Source: Raja brachyura
Lineage: Eukaryota
Length of the DNA: 64,000 bases
Direction of reading: 5' to 3'
Assembly (NCBI GenBank): GCA_963514005.1
Contig: OY740816.1
Location: 16,554,001-16,618,000 of the forward strand
The notes under the pieces are model-generated. The model saw nothing but the letters and a program-made list of their open reading frames with translations. It searched no databases and was not told the origin of the DNA. Position 1 is the stretch's first letter. The number at the start of each line of letters is the position of its first letter. This document shows, piece by piece, positions 9,084-23,400 of this stretch. Position numbers and translations under genes: made by a program.

Positions 9084-12000
9084 TAAAAGAAACACTACAA
9101 AAAGTAGAAAACAGCTTTTGCACCAAAACAAAACACTCATACAAATGCTTACATATCACCCCAAGCTGAATGACAACACTAAACAGCGCAGTCTCAAACA
9201 CTGCTTCGTTCTCTCGAGATCCGTAGCTCAGCAAAAGCTAACCAAAGTACCCAGTTTACAACAAAACTAAGCATTTCTTGTTTATACAAAATACAATATT
9301 TACTTTTCCGATACAGAACGGCATACAACTATTTCACAGATGTATCTCAAGACTAAAGTTCCAACAAATAAGGCCATAATGGTTCAGAAACAAATATATC
9401 AAATAATCATTTTCTTTTCACAACTCACCCAATATTAATGCAACGTGTAATAAAGATTATAATTACGTACAAAAGCACAGATTGTTTAGTTTTTCAAAAC
9501 TATATGTAATTTGGAGTTACAAACTGGTACAACAAATATATTACAAGTGCCTCAATTAACTGCAAAATACATAAGTCACATCACACACTCTTTATTTGAA
9601 AAAGGAAAAAAACAAAAACCCTACAAATGATTTTAAGTTAATATTAAGTGTTAACAAAAGGCAACAAACTGTTCTGCCATCAGGCTCATCATGTTGACTA
9701 GAATTGTGTGAAGGAAAAAACTGAATTCAATGTCATATTATTGGTGAAGAGAGAGTGGTAACTACCTGTGCATTATCTTTCTGCAAACCTATCTTCGGGT
9801 GGTTTGACAGAGGCACTTATCTTAGTTTGAGGCTGCATTCTTTAGACATTATCTAATGTACCAGAACTATGAGGCATCAGCTAAGTTCTGCAGTGCAGAA
9901 AGAAGTTGAGAGAATACACCCTTCACAACAGAGGTAAGGATCCTCTCATGAACAAAGTATAGCTTCGTAAAAATGGTAAATAATAGCTAAATTAAACAGA
10001 AAGCCTAATGCAGCAATGCCCATTTCTCAAATATATATTCATAATTTGGATCTGTGTGATGCAGAACAATCTCAGATATATAAATACGTTTGCGCAAGAT
10101 ACTAAAACTTGCCTCAAAATGGAGGATGCTTGAATTTATTGGTTTATAATTGCAATAAAATATATAGGAGACAACATCTTTTATAAATCAAAACCTGGGC
10201 TCCTCAAATGTTTCCCATTCCACTACCATAGTTTAGCTGGAAGTAAATCGGAAATCCTGCTGTATATATATTTTAATTTTAAATCCAGCTACATTACACT
10301 GCCAGGCTGGACATGGTTCCAATTACACACTTTGGTTGTGTAAGAACATTGTGCTTACAAATTGCAATTAATTCCACTGGTTTCCTCAGGGAGGAAAGAA
10401 CATCAGATGCTGGGTCAAGACAACATGTGGATGATGGCCATGAAGTACACAGGTTGTAATTATGATCCTGTCCCATCTGCTTGGCTGAAAAAGGATTTGG
10501 AAAGGAGTTACTGTTTGCATAATTATGAATGTGAAATATCTAAATAATCCAGCATTAGATTTGACAACCAGATAATAATTCTGCACAGAACAAATGGCTG
10601 TACATTCCTGTAATTCACTATCGTTTTTTTTGGAGTTAAATAAACTGAATTATTTAATCAAGTGAAGAATTATCAATAGTAGACTTTATGAAACATGCCA
10701 CTGCAATTTTTTAAACTATTCTAAGAGTTGCAGTCCTTTGATTTAAAAAAGTAGGATTTTACCTCCGTATATTCGTGCATTACAGCAGTGTTCATTGGTT
10801 CAGTACTAAAATCGGATTAGTTGGGCAAATGGGAAGAAATGTTCACAACTGCGTTTATCAGTGAGTAGTTTTTGGACATTCACTGGGGGAGAGGGAGTGT
10901 TCTAGCTGCGTTTCACAGTCAACTTACCCAAGTGCACTTTACAAGTCGCAAACCACTCATTCACATATTGAACTTTCCTCTGACCCAAATCAAACTGAAT
11001 GATCTGCAAAACTGCTTCCCTTACCCATGCACAGCAGGGCTTTTTAGTATTGGTACAAATCCACTATGAGGAATGAGTGTTTTAAGATATAAGGAGCTCC
11101 TCTGTTCTAGACATACAAGTTATTCTCTGCCTTCTAAAATGGTGCTCCAGTTGACACAAGCCTTTGCTGGCTATGAAGGTTTTAATTGACGGGACACACA
11201 CTCACAGTAAGCACACACTCACCGCAGGCATATCTCCCAGGCACCACCTGGTCAAACTCACTTTGTTTGGGCCGTTTAATTGGAATTTGGCAGAAGAGCA
11301 ACCTCTGTTCTTCACACAATAAGCAGAATGACTGAAACATCCCATCCTCCTGGCACTTGTCTAAAGTTCGTCTACCATCCAGACTAGTTACTGGTGACCA
11401 GGCAACACATCAATGCTGGGAGAAACCCTATCGCTTTCCAGGAAAACAAGCCTATATTGGCCTGGGAGCTATAGTACATTAATCCATTTTCCTGGATTGG
11501 GGCCTGCTAGTTAGTGGTCACTACTGGCTCAAGGAGGACTGGAGCAATATGTTTGATGTATACGTGTTAGCTGTTCCTCCTGTTCTTCAATTACCTGGCA
11601 TGTTCTCCTTTCCATGGAACAAGGGATATCTGAATTCCACACATTCAATATGAAGTGACTTAATGAGTTACTTATCATCAAACTAGACAACTATTAATAT
11701 CCCTGCCTGAAAAATTGTTTTTTTTTTTTAAAAAAAGCTCAAAGCTCAATTTTAAAAAGTTCAGTTTTGGGCAGTCATATTGATCTTTGATGGTGAGGCT
11801 CTTGTCCTGTCCACTGCCAAGCTGTTAAGAGAGTGTGCAGAAACTAACGTTGATGGCTGGTTTGCAGTGAGCATAACAGAAAAATACTGAGACAGTTTGT
11901 TAATGTACAGCTGACGAATAACTGATTACTGTCAGTGTACAAGCTGAAATTCCTTACTGACTATTAAAAACAATAGTGCTGTTGAAGCAATAATTGGAGG

Positions 12001-14250
12001 CACAGTGGTGAACCATGACTCCGATTCACTTCAGGGGGAGGACTGCACCTACTGTCCTTTCTTCAACCGTTTCAATCTAACTTCTCCCAGAATTAAAGCT
12101 ATTTCATCTTCTGCCTTTGCTTTGGGTATGGTCACACACTACACAAACTGTACCATCAGACTCCAATCATTTGGAAGGCCCATGTCATATTATCCACAAG
12201 TTTGTTATAGTCGAGGGAACGCCCTCATTACAGCACAGAATACGCGCATTTTTAGCAATGCGCACAGATAATTATGGGTGTAAATAGAGTATTAGCAGGT
12301 CCAGATGCAGTAGTACCTAATGCTATGAAAAGTAGGTCCAAAGTAAATGGATCTCATGGTACATGGGAGTCTTCTAGTTTATAACATCACTGATCTACCC
12401 CTGTTCAATCACAACTTAAAATTGATCCAACCTATAGTGGATGGAGGTATTTTAAAGATAGAAAATGCAAGCATGCCACATATTTAGCTAGTTTTTTACT
12501 GAAACTGTTAATTGTTCCCTTATTTGTGCATGCAAAGTTAAAAGAGTGGCTAAGATTATTGTTACAATAGGTCACAAAAAATAAGACCCGATTCAAGTTC
12601 AAGATTAGTAAAATGGTACTGGTACAAATTTTGCTATTCTCCAACTAAATTATGTTATTGGGAAAGTTACAACCTAACACAATAGCATCCTGATATTTTT
12701 CCCTCTCTTCAGTGCCATGTTTTCATCCCTGCCTGGTTTTACAAATGGATAAAATACACTGCAAAGGCAATAATCTACAACCTAAAATAATTAAACTTGC
12801 CTAACATAATCCGAAAACATGCCCCCTAGTCTCAATCTTAGGACACGCCATACACCGTGTAATGTATAACATTTGCAGCTTTCAGCCTATTTTAACTTTT
12901 ACTTCTCTTGTATCCCTCATTTGTAACTATTGTAACCAACTCTGATAATGGGATATTAAAGAATTTTAAAAATACTTTAATACAATAGGCAATAAAATGT
13001 TCAATTTCTGACTAGCTCAGTAACATAAGGAAAATTTTGAGTTTAAAGCCAAGAAAATAAAAGACGAATGCTGATAGCAACTCTTTAAGTAATAATTTCT
13101 CATTTTAAGATAGTACCTTATTGTACTCTATGTAAGTGCGCAGTTCTTCAAGTTCAGCAGCAATAAACAGGGCTGAAGTAGAAGGGCCGCAGATTCAAAG
13201 GACAAAACAGCAAGATGATGTAGATTTTGCTGGACATAACCTTAATTCTATGAATGGTAGAAGAAAATATCATAAAAATTATGTGATTTACCTGTGTGAA
13301 AGTTTTTAAAAAAAAGTGTTTTTCTGTTATTCAAACCAGCTGGTGGCCATATGAAAGCTGCACATTCTTTTAACAAGTCTAATCCACAGCGCTTTAAAAG
13401 TCAGTGACAAACAAAAAAGCTGAAGAACCCTTCCAAGACTGATTGAGAAGAGAAATGTTCCACCAGAGTGAAAGTATGAGCAAGTTTGTCAATTATCAGT
13501 GAGTTATGTCTCAGCAATTTCATTCCTGCATCCTCTCTTCAACCGTCTATTCCTGGCAGCTGGTTAACTGTGGATTATTTTAACTGGGTTATGTTTCTTG
13601 TGCAATTTTTTTTAAATCGAGGAAACCCATAAAAGCTGACCCAACCATCCAGTAGGTTTCAAAGTTTATTCTCACTAATGGTACACTAGAAAGCCAAACA
13701 CCAAGCACTCTGCTTCCCATAGGTGAGCACTTTTTAGTGTACCTAATACCAGGTTTTGAGCGAATCTCAACTCCGTATTTGTTTTTAAAATCAGAGTGAT
13801 TTTCCATTTTGTTTTATTACAGCAGCACCAAAGATATATTCAATGTTACTTATTTTCTTAACAAAAAAAACAAGCAAATATCTGCTGAATGAGATTAAAT
13901 CGTGGTGTTTGGGAAATATTTGGCTCCTGTGACATTCAAAAGCAGCACAATACTGAGCTTGGTAGTGCTTTAGCTCTCATATACTCTGTGAGCTGAGTGT
14001 TTTAAAGTTAGTAATTATGTAACAGCAGTCATTTACTAATATACTATACTCCTAGTGGAAAGATTCTTTTTATTTCTTAAATACAACTTATAAATAAATG
14101 TTGAACTAAAATAATTTTGGTAGAGGTTGATATTCGTGATAACTATAGACAATGTCTTTCTATGCAATGGCTATCAGGTGCCAGGGATGGAGAGTTAATG
14201 ATATTAAATTGAAGCAAATGTTTTCCTCTTTTGCGTCCTACGTTATATAT
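9060..14250 (-). other. RFX1: Probable RFX1 3' UTR (about 5.2 kb)
   Basis: AT-rich, no recognisable interspersed repeats, ends at AATAAA plus a GU-rich element. The true end needs transcript data. Confidence 0.65.
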
Positions 14251-14408
14251 TCAGTTGGTTGGTGGTGCTTGAACAAACACCCCCCTCGAGTCTGTCCGTG
14301 ACAGTTTGGCTGGTGGCTCCAAGGAGTCCGTCACTAACATGGGCTCATTGTCCATTGGAATCTCTTGTTGGCTGTCATCATCACTTTCCTCTTCCTCCTC
14401 CTCTTCAT
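14251..14408 (-). CDS. RFX1: RFX1 last coding segment [12 protein letters not shown]...VFVQAPPTN*
   Basis: 158 nt ending in TGA at 14253-14251; acidic RFX1-type tail. Confidence 0.95.
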
Positions 14409-17400
14409 CTGATTAAACAGAAACACAGATACAAGTTGATCTCGGCCCGATCTTATGCCTCTACTGAAATTCATTCCTTATTTAGCTCATTTTACTTTAT
14501 TTCCCCGATGGTTTGGATCAGAGATGGCAAACCATAGAATTCTACTTAAACACCTAATACGTTTCTTAATTGTGCATGCAAAGTTAAAAGAATAGTTAAG
14601 ATTATTGTTGCAATAGGTCACAAAAAATAAGAGACGATTCAAGGGAATAAGAAAATTCAAATTAATGTAAGAATCTGAGTCCTCAGTGTGGGATGGGCCT
14701 GACCACACTGCCATGGAGCATTAACTCGGACACCACCTTTAAACACAAACTAATCAGACAGTACTCTAACCAAAATGTCACCAGAGGCCTGTAGAAAAGG
14801 AGTCAATGGCAGTTGTTCTCCCAGATTTAGTCCTCTGGCAGAATGCCTCATCGTCAGAACTACCGAGAAGCACTAAGACCATTCCCTTAAAGGGCCATCC
14901 CCGTCAGATCCTTCGCAATCAGAGCATCGGCAACAACCCCTTGGGACTGCTGTGTTGGAGATGAGATTGTCATCCATCTTCTTGTTTTGTGGGGAAAATT
15001 TGGGAAGAGTTGATTCAGGGATATTTGTTGATGTTTGTCCTGGTCAGGTGCGCAACCCAACTCTGCACTCCACTGGCTCCCCCCCAGGGATATGCACTGA
15101 AAGAATCCACATATTGATCAAGAACCCCCATGCTCTCCTCACTGAACTTGAACTTCAGTGCAAGGTATTGTCCCTGCCAGAGTACGCCAAACTGGCATGC
15201 TCTAAGGGCCAGGACTTTTTAATTATTTTTTTTAGTTTAGAGATACAGCACAGAAACGGGCACTTCGGCCCACCGGGTCCGCGTCGACCACCGATCCCCA
15301 CACATTAACACTAGGGACAATTTTTACATTTACTACGACAATTAACCTACAAACCTGTACGTCTTTGGAATGTGGGAGGAAAATTAAGATCTCGGAGAAA
15401 ACCCACGCAGGTCACGGGGAGAACGGAAACACTCCGTACAGACAGCACCCTTAGTCGGGATTGAACCCGGCTCTCCGGCGCTGCATTCACTGTAAGGCAG
15501 CAACTCTACCGCTGCACCACCGTGACTTTGCTGAGGAATGCGCTGACGCGAGATGTGGCCACAGCAGGGTAAGTTTAGAAGCCAATCTTTAAACTGAGCC
15601 AAGCAAGGATCATTTCTGGTGAATGACAATACTGCATTTAATTAAATATTTACTTTCACCTTAAAGAATTTTCTTCCAGTGCCATAAACGCAGCTGTAAT
15701 AGAAAACTGTAGAGGCGTTAAGTTATTTTGTGCTCAGTTACTGTACTAACCTTTGTCAGGGTCCAGAGGGTTTAAAGCCCGCCCAAGATCAGCAAACTGG
15801 AATGCAAAGAAAAAAAAATTAGTTTGACTTTATTGCATTGCTATAATAAAATGGTTGAAGAGATATGAACCAGCAGCCTAAATATTAGCATGTTTGACTG
15901 ACAACAAACAGCTGAAGGACATAAGCAACGCAACTGATATCTTCTAATGCATAAAATAGAATGAAGCTGATTGTTGACTCCCTTGTTTTAATCACGCTGT
16001 CAGAACAAAAGTGGCCAGCACAGACAATGCTGGTCACACTCAGAAAATACAGGTCAGGCAGCATCTGCGGAAAGAGAAACAGTTAACATTTCACACTGAA
16101 GATGATGGGGGGGGGGGGGGGGGGGGGTTTATCGTATTTTCTTTATGTTTCTGGCTGGGTAACTGTTGCGTTATTCTTTCTTTAACAATGTCCTGGTCTT
16201 CTTTTACTGAATTCTGAAATGTTCGCAAACCAGAATCCCAATGCTTATTTGCCAATATTATACGTTTTTGAGATAATAATTGTCTTTAACTCAATAGCCA
16301 CACTTGAAGCACATTTCCTGAAGGATACTTTTTCACTTAAACTGGGGGAATCAGGAAGGATGAGAGGGGAAGAGACAGAAGTGGAAGGGCCGAAGAGAAT
16401 GGCGGGAAAATCTGATAAGCTCAAATCTGATAAGATCCATCTTTGCTGCTCAATCACCACAACATTTCCTTTTCTCCACAGCCAATTAATATTTAATTAT
16501 CATGTGTAGTGAGTTTGGCAATTTTGGAAACAACAGCATTTGGAACGACTGCTGATTGGAAGATAAACATCTATTCAGTTGTTTTGTTGACTTAGGATTT
16601 TCTTGTTTTACATGTTTAGTAAGTGACTTCGACTTGCTCCAGAGGCGCAGAATTGGTGAAGCAATCTATCCGCAAGCTAGATTTTTTTTTTCCTCAGCTT
16701 TCAGTTCTAATTACTTTTATTGGACAAACTGCTTCCGTGTGAGCTGATGGCAGCACGGCATCTCTGGGACACATGGGACAAATGGTATATTGCCTTAACC
16801 ATGCAGAATTAAGGATGGAGAAAGCAGAGCAAAGCATAAAAAATAATGATAACGGTCAAACTAGATATTAAAGGCGAACCAGAAAGCGATTGAAAACTAA
16901 AGACTCAGAAAGGAAAGGCAGCAAAACATGACATTTAAACTTTGAAAGCCTTTGGGAACAACTTTTAGATTTTAAACTTTAGTGCAGAACAGGCCCTTAC
17001 AATTTACAGAAGTCAATTAAGCCTGTACATCTTTGGGGTGTGGGAGGAATTTGGAGCAGCCGGAGAAAACCCACAGGGAGAATGTACAAGCACCGTACAG
17101 ACACCACTCACAGACAAGATCAAACTCAGGACTGTGAGACAGCAAATCTACCGCTGCACCACTGTGCCACCCACATTTGCATAAAGAATAACTCATCATT
17201 TATGTTTTTCTCTTTCTGAATGCTCACGGTTCTGGGATTGCAGGAGTATAAATATGAAATTAATTAGATTCATTTTTGTGCTGCTGCAGTATCAGTAGTA
17301 GCCAGGTTTTCACTATTTAGGTCACAAATACAGCCATTTCTTATAACATAGTAACATTATGAGGCAAACTAGGAAACAGCTCAAACTATGTCCAGCAATG

Positions 17401-20400
17401 TACACCAATTTGTAATTTATACCACATCTTTCTCATCACAAATTAGTGTAATAATTACACTGATTTGACTGAAAACATGTAATTTTCCAAGAAATTTCTG
17501 GATCAATGTTCCACATATTTATCACGTCAACAAAATAAACCATAAAGATGCCAGCTGTTTTCACTACTGATCCTTAAAAAATATTCCATTTTGACCTAAC
17601 ATTTTGCTTATAAAGGCCAGTGCTTCATTATTTAGAGTTTATCTGCATTTAATAACTTTGAACCGAAAATCAAGTTATGTTCTCATTGTTCCCACATATC
17701 TAAGAATCCTGATAACTCAATATTTTCCTCCGTATTTAAAAATCCTTTTAATAAAATTAAAAATAAGAACATAGTTGAAAACTCATACATGATCCATGAC
17801 CCACTGCAAAACAGCTTAAAAGGTATGTAAAATCTTAATCCTATTGAAATGTCTTGTCAAATATCATGCAGTAAGACCTACAAAGTGGAAAGTATTGGAT
17901 TATCCATTCTCCAATTCAACTAGTTCACATGGTTATCATCATCGCACTCTGGCCACTGTTTTTTAATCAATTTGCCACCAGAGTAGATATGTGCATGGTA
18001 GAACAGATGCAAGGTTTGTATGCTATAATTCTACGCTAATTTACATCACCACAATGCATCACATCTGCTCTGCCGCTCTGCTTATTCGAATAAATATTTA
18101 AATGTAGCTCAGTGCCGGACTCTGTTCTACATCAGAATTTGACCCAAATGATATAATTGAAGGCCTAATAAATGCTTTAATCATACATTTCAGAAAGATG
18201 ATATTTGAAGATTCTGCTGGCTGAATATATTTGGTAAAAGCACACACTGATGGATATTTTATTTTCTACAAATTTAAAGGGGTATTTCCTTGTTTTTAAA
18301 ATTAGATTGTTTAGTGCTTTCACAACTCAGAATAGTTGGTCATTATTTATGCAATTGGAAAAGTGCACAGAATGTCAACAATAGGTGGCAGCTGCACAAA
18401 TTGTAGCAAACATTTACAATGACGGTACTCAGCATGCAGGTAAAAAATAACACATACCTATGTGCAATTGCAAATTGACAGGGAGACACATATAGACTTA
18501 CCTCGCCCATGACAGCAATGGGTGTTTCTCCCTTTGCCTGAGCCACTCGGTGTTCTATCAAATAGTACATGTATTCATCATATAGAAGGCGAATGAGATG
18601 AAAAGACCCAAAACTTGCTGCACTCCTTAAAGTCAAATCCCGAATCACCATTGAACTAGAATAAGAAGAGAAGCTGTTTCTGCAATCCCTTTATACATGT
18701 TTAAAATTGGAACTGTCTTAAATTATTTATTTTTGAAGCCCTTAAGTATCCTGTATCATTCTTGCTTTGATAAAAGAAAAACAATGTATCAGGTGGATAA
18801 ATAGCAAAAAACCTGTATTTTGTAATACAATATTAGCCAAGTATGTTTTGCAAAATATGAGGAATTTCTTTTGTAAGTGAAGAGGGATCCAAGTTTCAGA
18901 GTTGGCTTTTCAATTAAAAAAAAATTAAAAACTGGTAATGTAATAATAAAGATGGGGCAACCAGTGAAATAAAAATTAAACCGAAATATTGACTGCATTC
19001 CACTCCTCAGATTCTGTCTGATCTGCTGAGAATTTTCTGGCCTTCTAGAGTAGCATGGACTGTGGCATGTTTTCTTTTCCTGAAGAAAAAGGACTCAAAT
19101 ATTTTCCCCTTTAAACTGCACGTGGGTTGTAGAGTTAATTAAATATAGCTATTACTGTCATGATATTAAAGCATATTGCGATGCCATCTCTTGTAGGATT
19201 CCTGCTCCTTTTGGGTGTTGAGCTTCAGCAGTGCAAGGACGATACCGGAAAGAAGAATAACTAACCAAAGATCATTGAAAGTCAGATCAAATTTTGCATG
19301 CATTTTGTTCTAATTATGGAATAAGTGACTACACTTTAATCATCAATTGCTTGTGAACTCAGGGGGTATCCAAAGTCTTGAATGAAAGCTTTTAAATTCA
19401 TGTCTACCTTTCCAAACCATAAACCTGTGTCCATAAAATGCCACCTGTCATTACACATTTACAGTTGAGGGTCAGTATTATTAAAAGTGAGGCAACATAT
19501 TAACTGCCACCTAATAAATATGCTGATAGAATGGTGATCTATCAAGAAGAATCTTTGTGCATGCTGCAGCACCATCTTTCGACACTGAATGAAATGATAT
19601 AAATCTAACTGTCTGCTTCTGCTCAGAAGGCTAAGACTTCACAAAGTCTTTGAAATTTATTCACCAACGCTTCTCTGCTTTGAATGCTATATGTGAAACA
19701 AAACTTTACAGGATAAGAAAAAGAGGTCAAGGAAAGAGCGTTCACGTCGCGGCCGTGTTTTCACCAATCTTTCCACCACCACCACACACAAGAAGCGCAA
19801 GACAGACACCATTGTATGCAGATGCTGAGAAGTGTGTTCAACTATGGCTGAACAACTTCTAATCTTGTGTGTGGACTCGACAAGAAGAATAAAAAAAGAA
19901 CATTTTGTTTGTTTCATGTAACTGAAGTGCATTGATGACATATTCCAATTTAAAAAACACAAATGGCTAGCTGGTTCTTCATGACTTATCGACCCTCTTA
20001 ATTAGATCACTTAATATTTTGCTCTGAGGAGATAAGCAGAAAAAAACCCACCTGTAGAAAGACCACTTGAGAAGGAATTGTTTGGCTGCTTTGGGGAAAC
20101 TGGGGCAACCATGATATGGTTTGAGGACCTGGGTCACCACGCTGTCTAACCAAGATGCCCATTGCTCCAGGGAGTTCTGCTGTTGCAAAGTCATCTTAAA
20201 GTCCTGCTCCAGCCTTTGCACTATACCATCCTCACAACGACACACCCATGAGGCTTGCTCCTAGGAAAAAACAATACGACATTGTTATGTAAATCTGCTC
20301 ACGAACTACAGGTACTTCTCATGTGTTTCCAGAACACTGGTTAGACATAATGTGAGTGATGAATTATACAATACAATAGGTGCTCGAGTAGGCCATTCGG

Positions 20401-23400
20401 CCCTTCAAGCTAGCACCACTGATTGGGGATGATCAGCCCGCATTCCAATGTGATCATGGCTGATCATCCCCAATCAGTACCCCGTTCCTGCCTTCTCCCC
20501 ATATCCCCTGACTCCGCTATCTTTAAGAGCCCTATCGAGCTCTCTCTTAAAAGTATCCAGAGAACCTGCCTCCTCCGCCCTCTGAGGCAGAGAATTCCAC
20601 AGACTCACTACTCTGTGAGAAAAAGTGTTTCCTCACCTCCGTTCTAAATGGCTTACCCCTTACTCTTAAACTGTGGCCCCTGGTTCTGGACTCCCCCAAC
20701 ATCGGGAATATGTTTCCTGCCACTAGAGTGTCCAAACCCTTAATAATCTTATATGTTTCAATAAGATCCCCTCTCATCCGTCTAAACTTGAGCGTGTACA
20801 AGCCCAGCCGCTCCATTCTCTCAGCATATGACAGTCCCGCCATCCTGGGAATTAACTTTGTAAACCTACGCTGCACTCCCTCAATAGCAAGAATGTCCTT
20901 CCTCAAATTAGGGGACCAAAACTGCACACAATACTCCAGGTGTTGTCTCACTAGGGCCCTGTACAACTGCAGAAGGACCTCTTTGCTCCTGTGCTCGACT
21001 CCTTTTGTTATAAAGGCCAACATGCAATTTGCTTTGTTCACTGACAGTGCTCTGGATTATGCGAGCAGAATTGGTTATAACACAATTTTGATCCTGAACT
21101 ACAGAACCACTAAAGAGTTATTGACTTATTAAGAGTTATTAAGCTTTGGAAATTGACAAACAGAAGAAAAGCTATCTCTGCTTCCATGTACCTTCCCCCA
21201 CCCCTCAGTAACCAGACACCATCCTCCCTGCAAAACACAGCTGCTATTTTAAGAATGCAGGAACAAGGAACTGTATAGAGGGTGGTTAACCAAAAACGCA
21301 CACAAAGTGCTGGAGGAACTCAGCGGGTCAGGCAGCATCCCTGGAGAACATGGATAGATGACGTTTTGGATCAGGACCCTTCTTCCGACTGAAGATGAGA
21401 TGTATGAAGAAGTGTCCTGATCTGAAACATCACCTACCCGTGTTCTCCAGAGATGCTGCCTGGACAGATGAGTTACTACTCATTTTGTGTCTTTTGCTGC
21501 TATTCTAAGCTTCTATTGATACTTGAGGTTATGCAGTATGGAAACGGACCCTTCGGCCCAAATTGTCCATGATGCCCTATCCAAGTTAGTACTATTTTCC
21601 CATGTTTGGATAATATCCTTCTAAACCATTCCTTTCCATGTACCTGTCCAAATGTATTTTCAATGCTGTGATAGTACCTGCCCCAACTACCTCCTCTGGA
21701 AGCTCATTCACCCTCATTGTGAAAAAATTGCCCCTCAGGTTCCTATTAAATCTTTTCCCTCTCACCTTAATACTGTACACTTTAGTGCTTTTTTCCCCTA
21801 CCCAGGGGAAAACAGTATTTATCATTGGATATAAGACTTAATTAAACTTTGCCATTTCTACATGCCTCTCCCAGCAGGAGTCAATGGGATATGAGGTCTG
21901 CCCAAACTAGGCACACTTAAGACCATACGAGATTCTCTTAGCTCTGCTAAGGTCGAACACAAATCTTGCATCTGACGCAATGCTAATTACCTGAACATTT
22001 GCAAAATCTACTCGGTTTAGATCACTCAGCATCTGGTTAATCTGCGCAGTATTCTGTAAGACAGCACGGGCTGCCTGAGCAAGATGGTTTAACGATGTGT
22101 AGCGCCTCAAAGTCTGTGCAAAGGCACTTGCTGCTGCCACCTGCAAAAGTTAAAAATGAATAGCAACGTCTGTTGCCGGATAACAAAACGGTTTCCATTT
22201 TTTACAGACATCCATTAGTTGGTATTTAAAAATCCACACAACTCTCAATGTGGTAAGCAACGCAGTTTAATCAATGGCATCAAAAACATACAAGATTGAA
22301 AAGAATGATTAGTGAAATACTAAAAGTGATGGGAGAGGAAACAAGTTCTGATATTCATAGAAATGATGTGTGCAGACTTTGGATTTTGGGGGAATTTAAT
22401 AATATAATGGGAGTTGGATCATATGTAGGTGTGTTCATAAATCAGGAGTTCATAATCTACATCCACATCATTAATTACTTAACTGATAAACTGAGTGGGC
22501 TCAGATTTATTATTATGTCTTCCAAAGATTTAACCTGCTTTTCTTTGCATTACATTACATTGCACAGGAGAGGTCTCAGAAACACTTACCTTCACACGAA
22601 CCATTTCTTCAGGGACATTCATCATAGCATTGGTTAACCAGCTTTCCAAACTTTTTGCAAAATTCCGAATTGCTTGAGTCAAGGCACCTGGAAATGAATT
22701 AACTGAAGTTAATCAACATTTCATCCTGCGCAGTGGCTTCCGAACCACAAAACTCCAATCAGAATCTTTTTTTTTTAAAATTCACAAATGAATGATCTTT
22801 CCTGAAAATACTTACTCGGGATAGGCCGCAAGACATCTGGGATTAGGATCTCCACCAGACCTTGGTAAAGCATGTTATCACAGTACTTCGTCCACTTCAG
22901 GGAAGGCTCATACTTACAGAGGACAACAAGGCATGACTTAGGGAGGCGTTTCTCAGCTTCATCATGACTGCAAAAAAGAAAGCAAAGACATGGGACAATT
23001 CTAACAAGCACACAATAATCCTTTGGTTCACTTTTGATGCTAAAATCATTCAACACATTCTCCAAAGCAAATCACGGATGCAAAAAAAATATTAACCCGT
23101 TTGTTTTCAGCAGCTTTAGTTTTATTTTTATTCCTCTGAATGGACTTTTTTAAAATTGAAACTGGATATAAAGTAGCAGCTCTATCCAATTGAATGTACT
23201 GTTGGCTAGAAATGCATTTTTGTTCAGCTATTTAGATAGTAAATTAGCTACTTGGCCATATCGGGGTGTTGTACTCTGCTTCGACTGATGTTGATATTGT
23301 GACTGTGGGGGGATTGATGGGCATATGTTTTCTTTTTAAGAGAAAAGGTGTTTGGGCAAAATTGTTTTCTCACTGAGCAGCGGTAGAATTCCTGCCTTAC

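Noticed and set aside
22172-22184. X-box-like GTTGCCGGATAAC suggesting RFX autoregulation
   Set aside because: Imperfect match; such hits are expected by chance in 64 kb.
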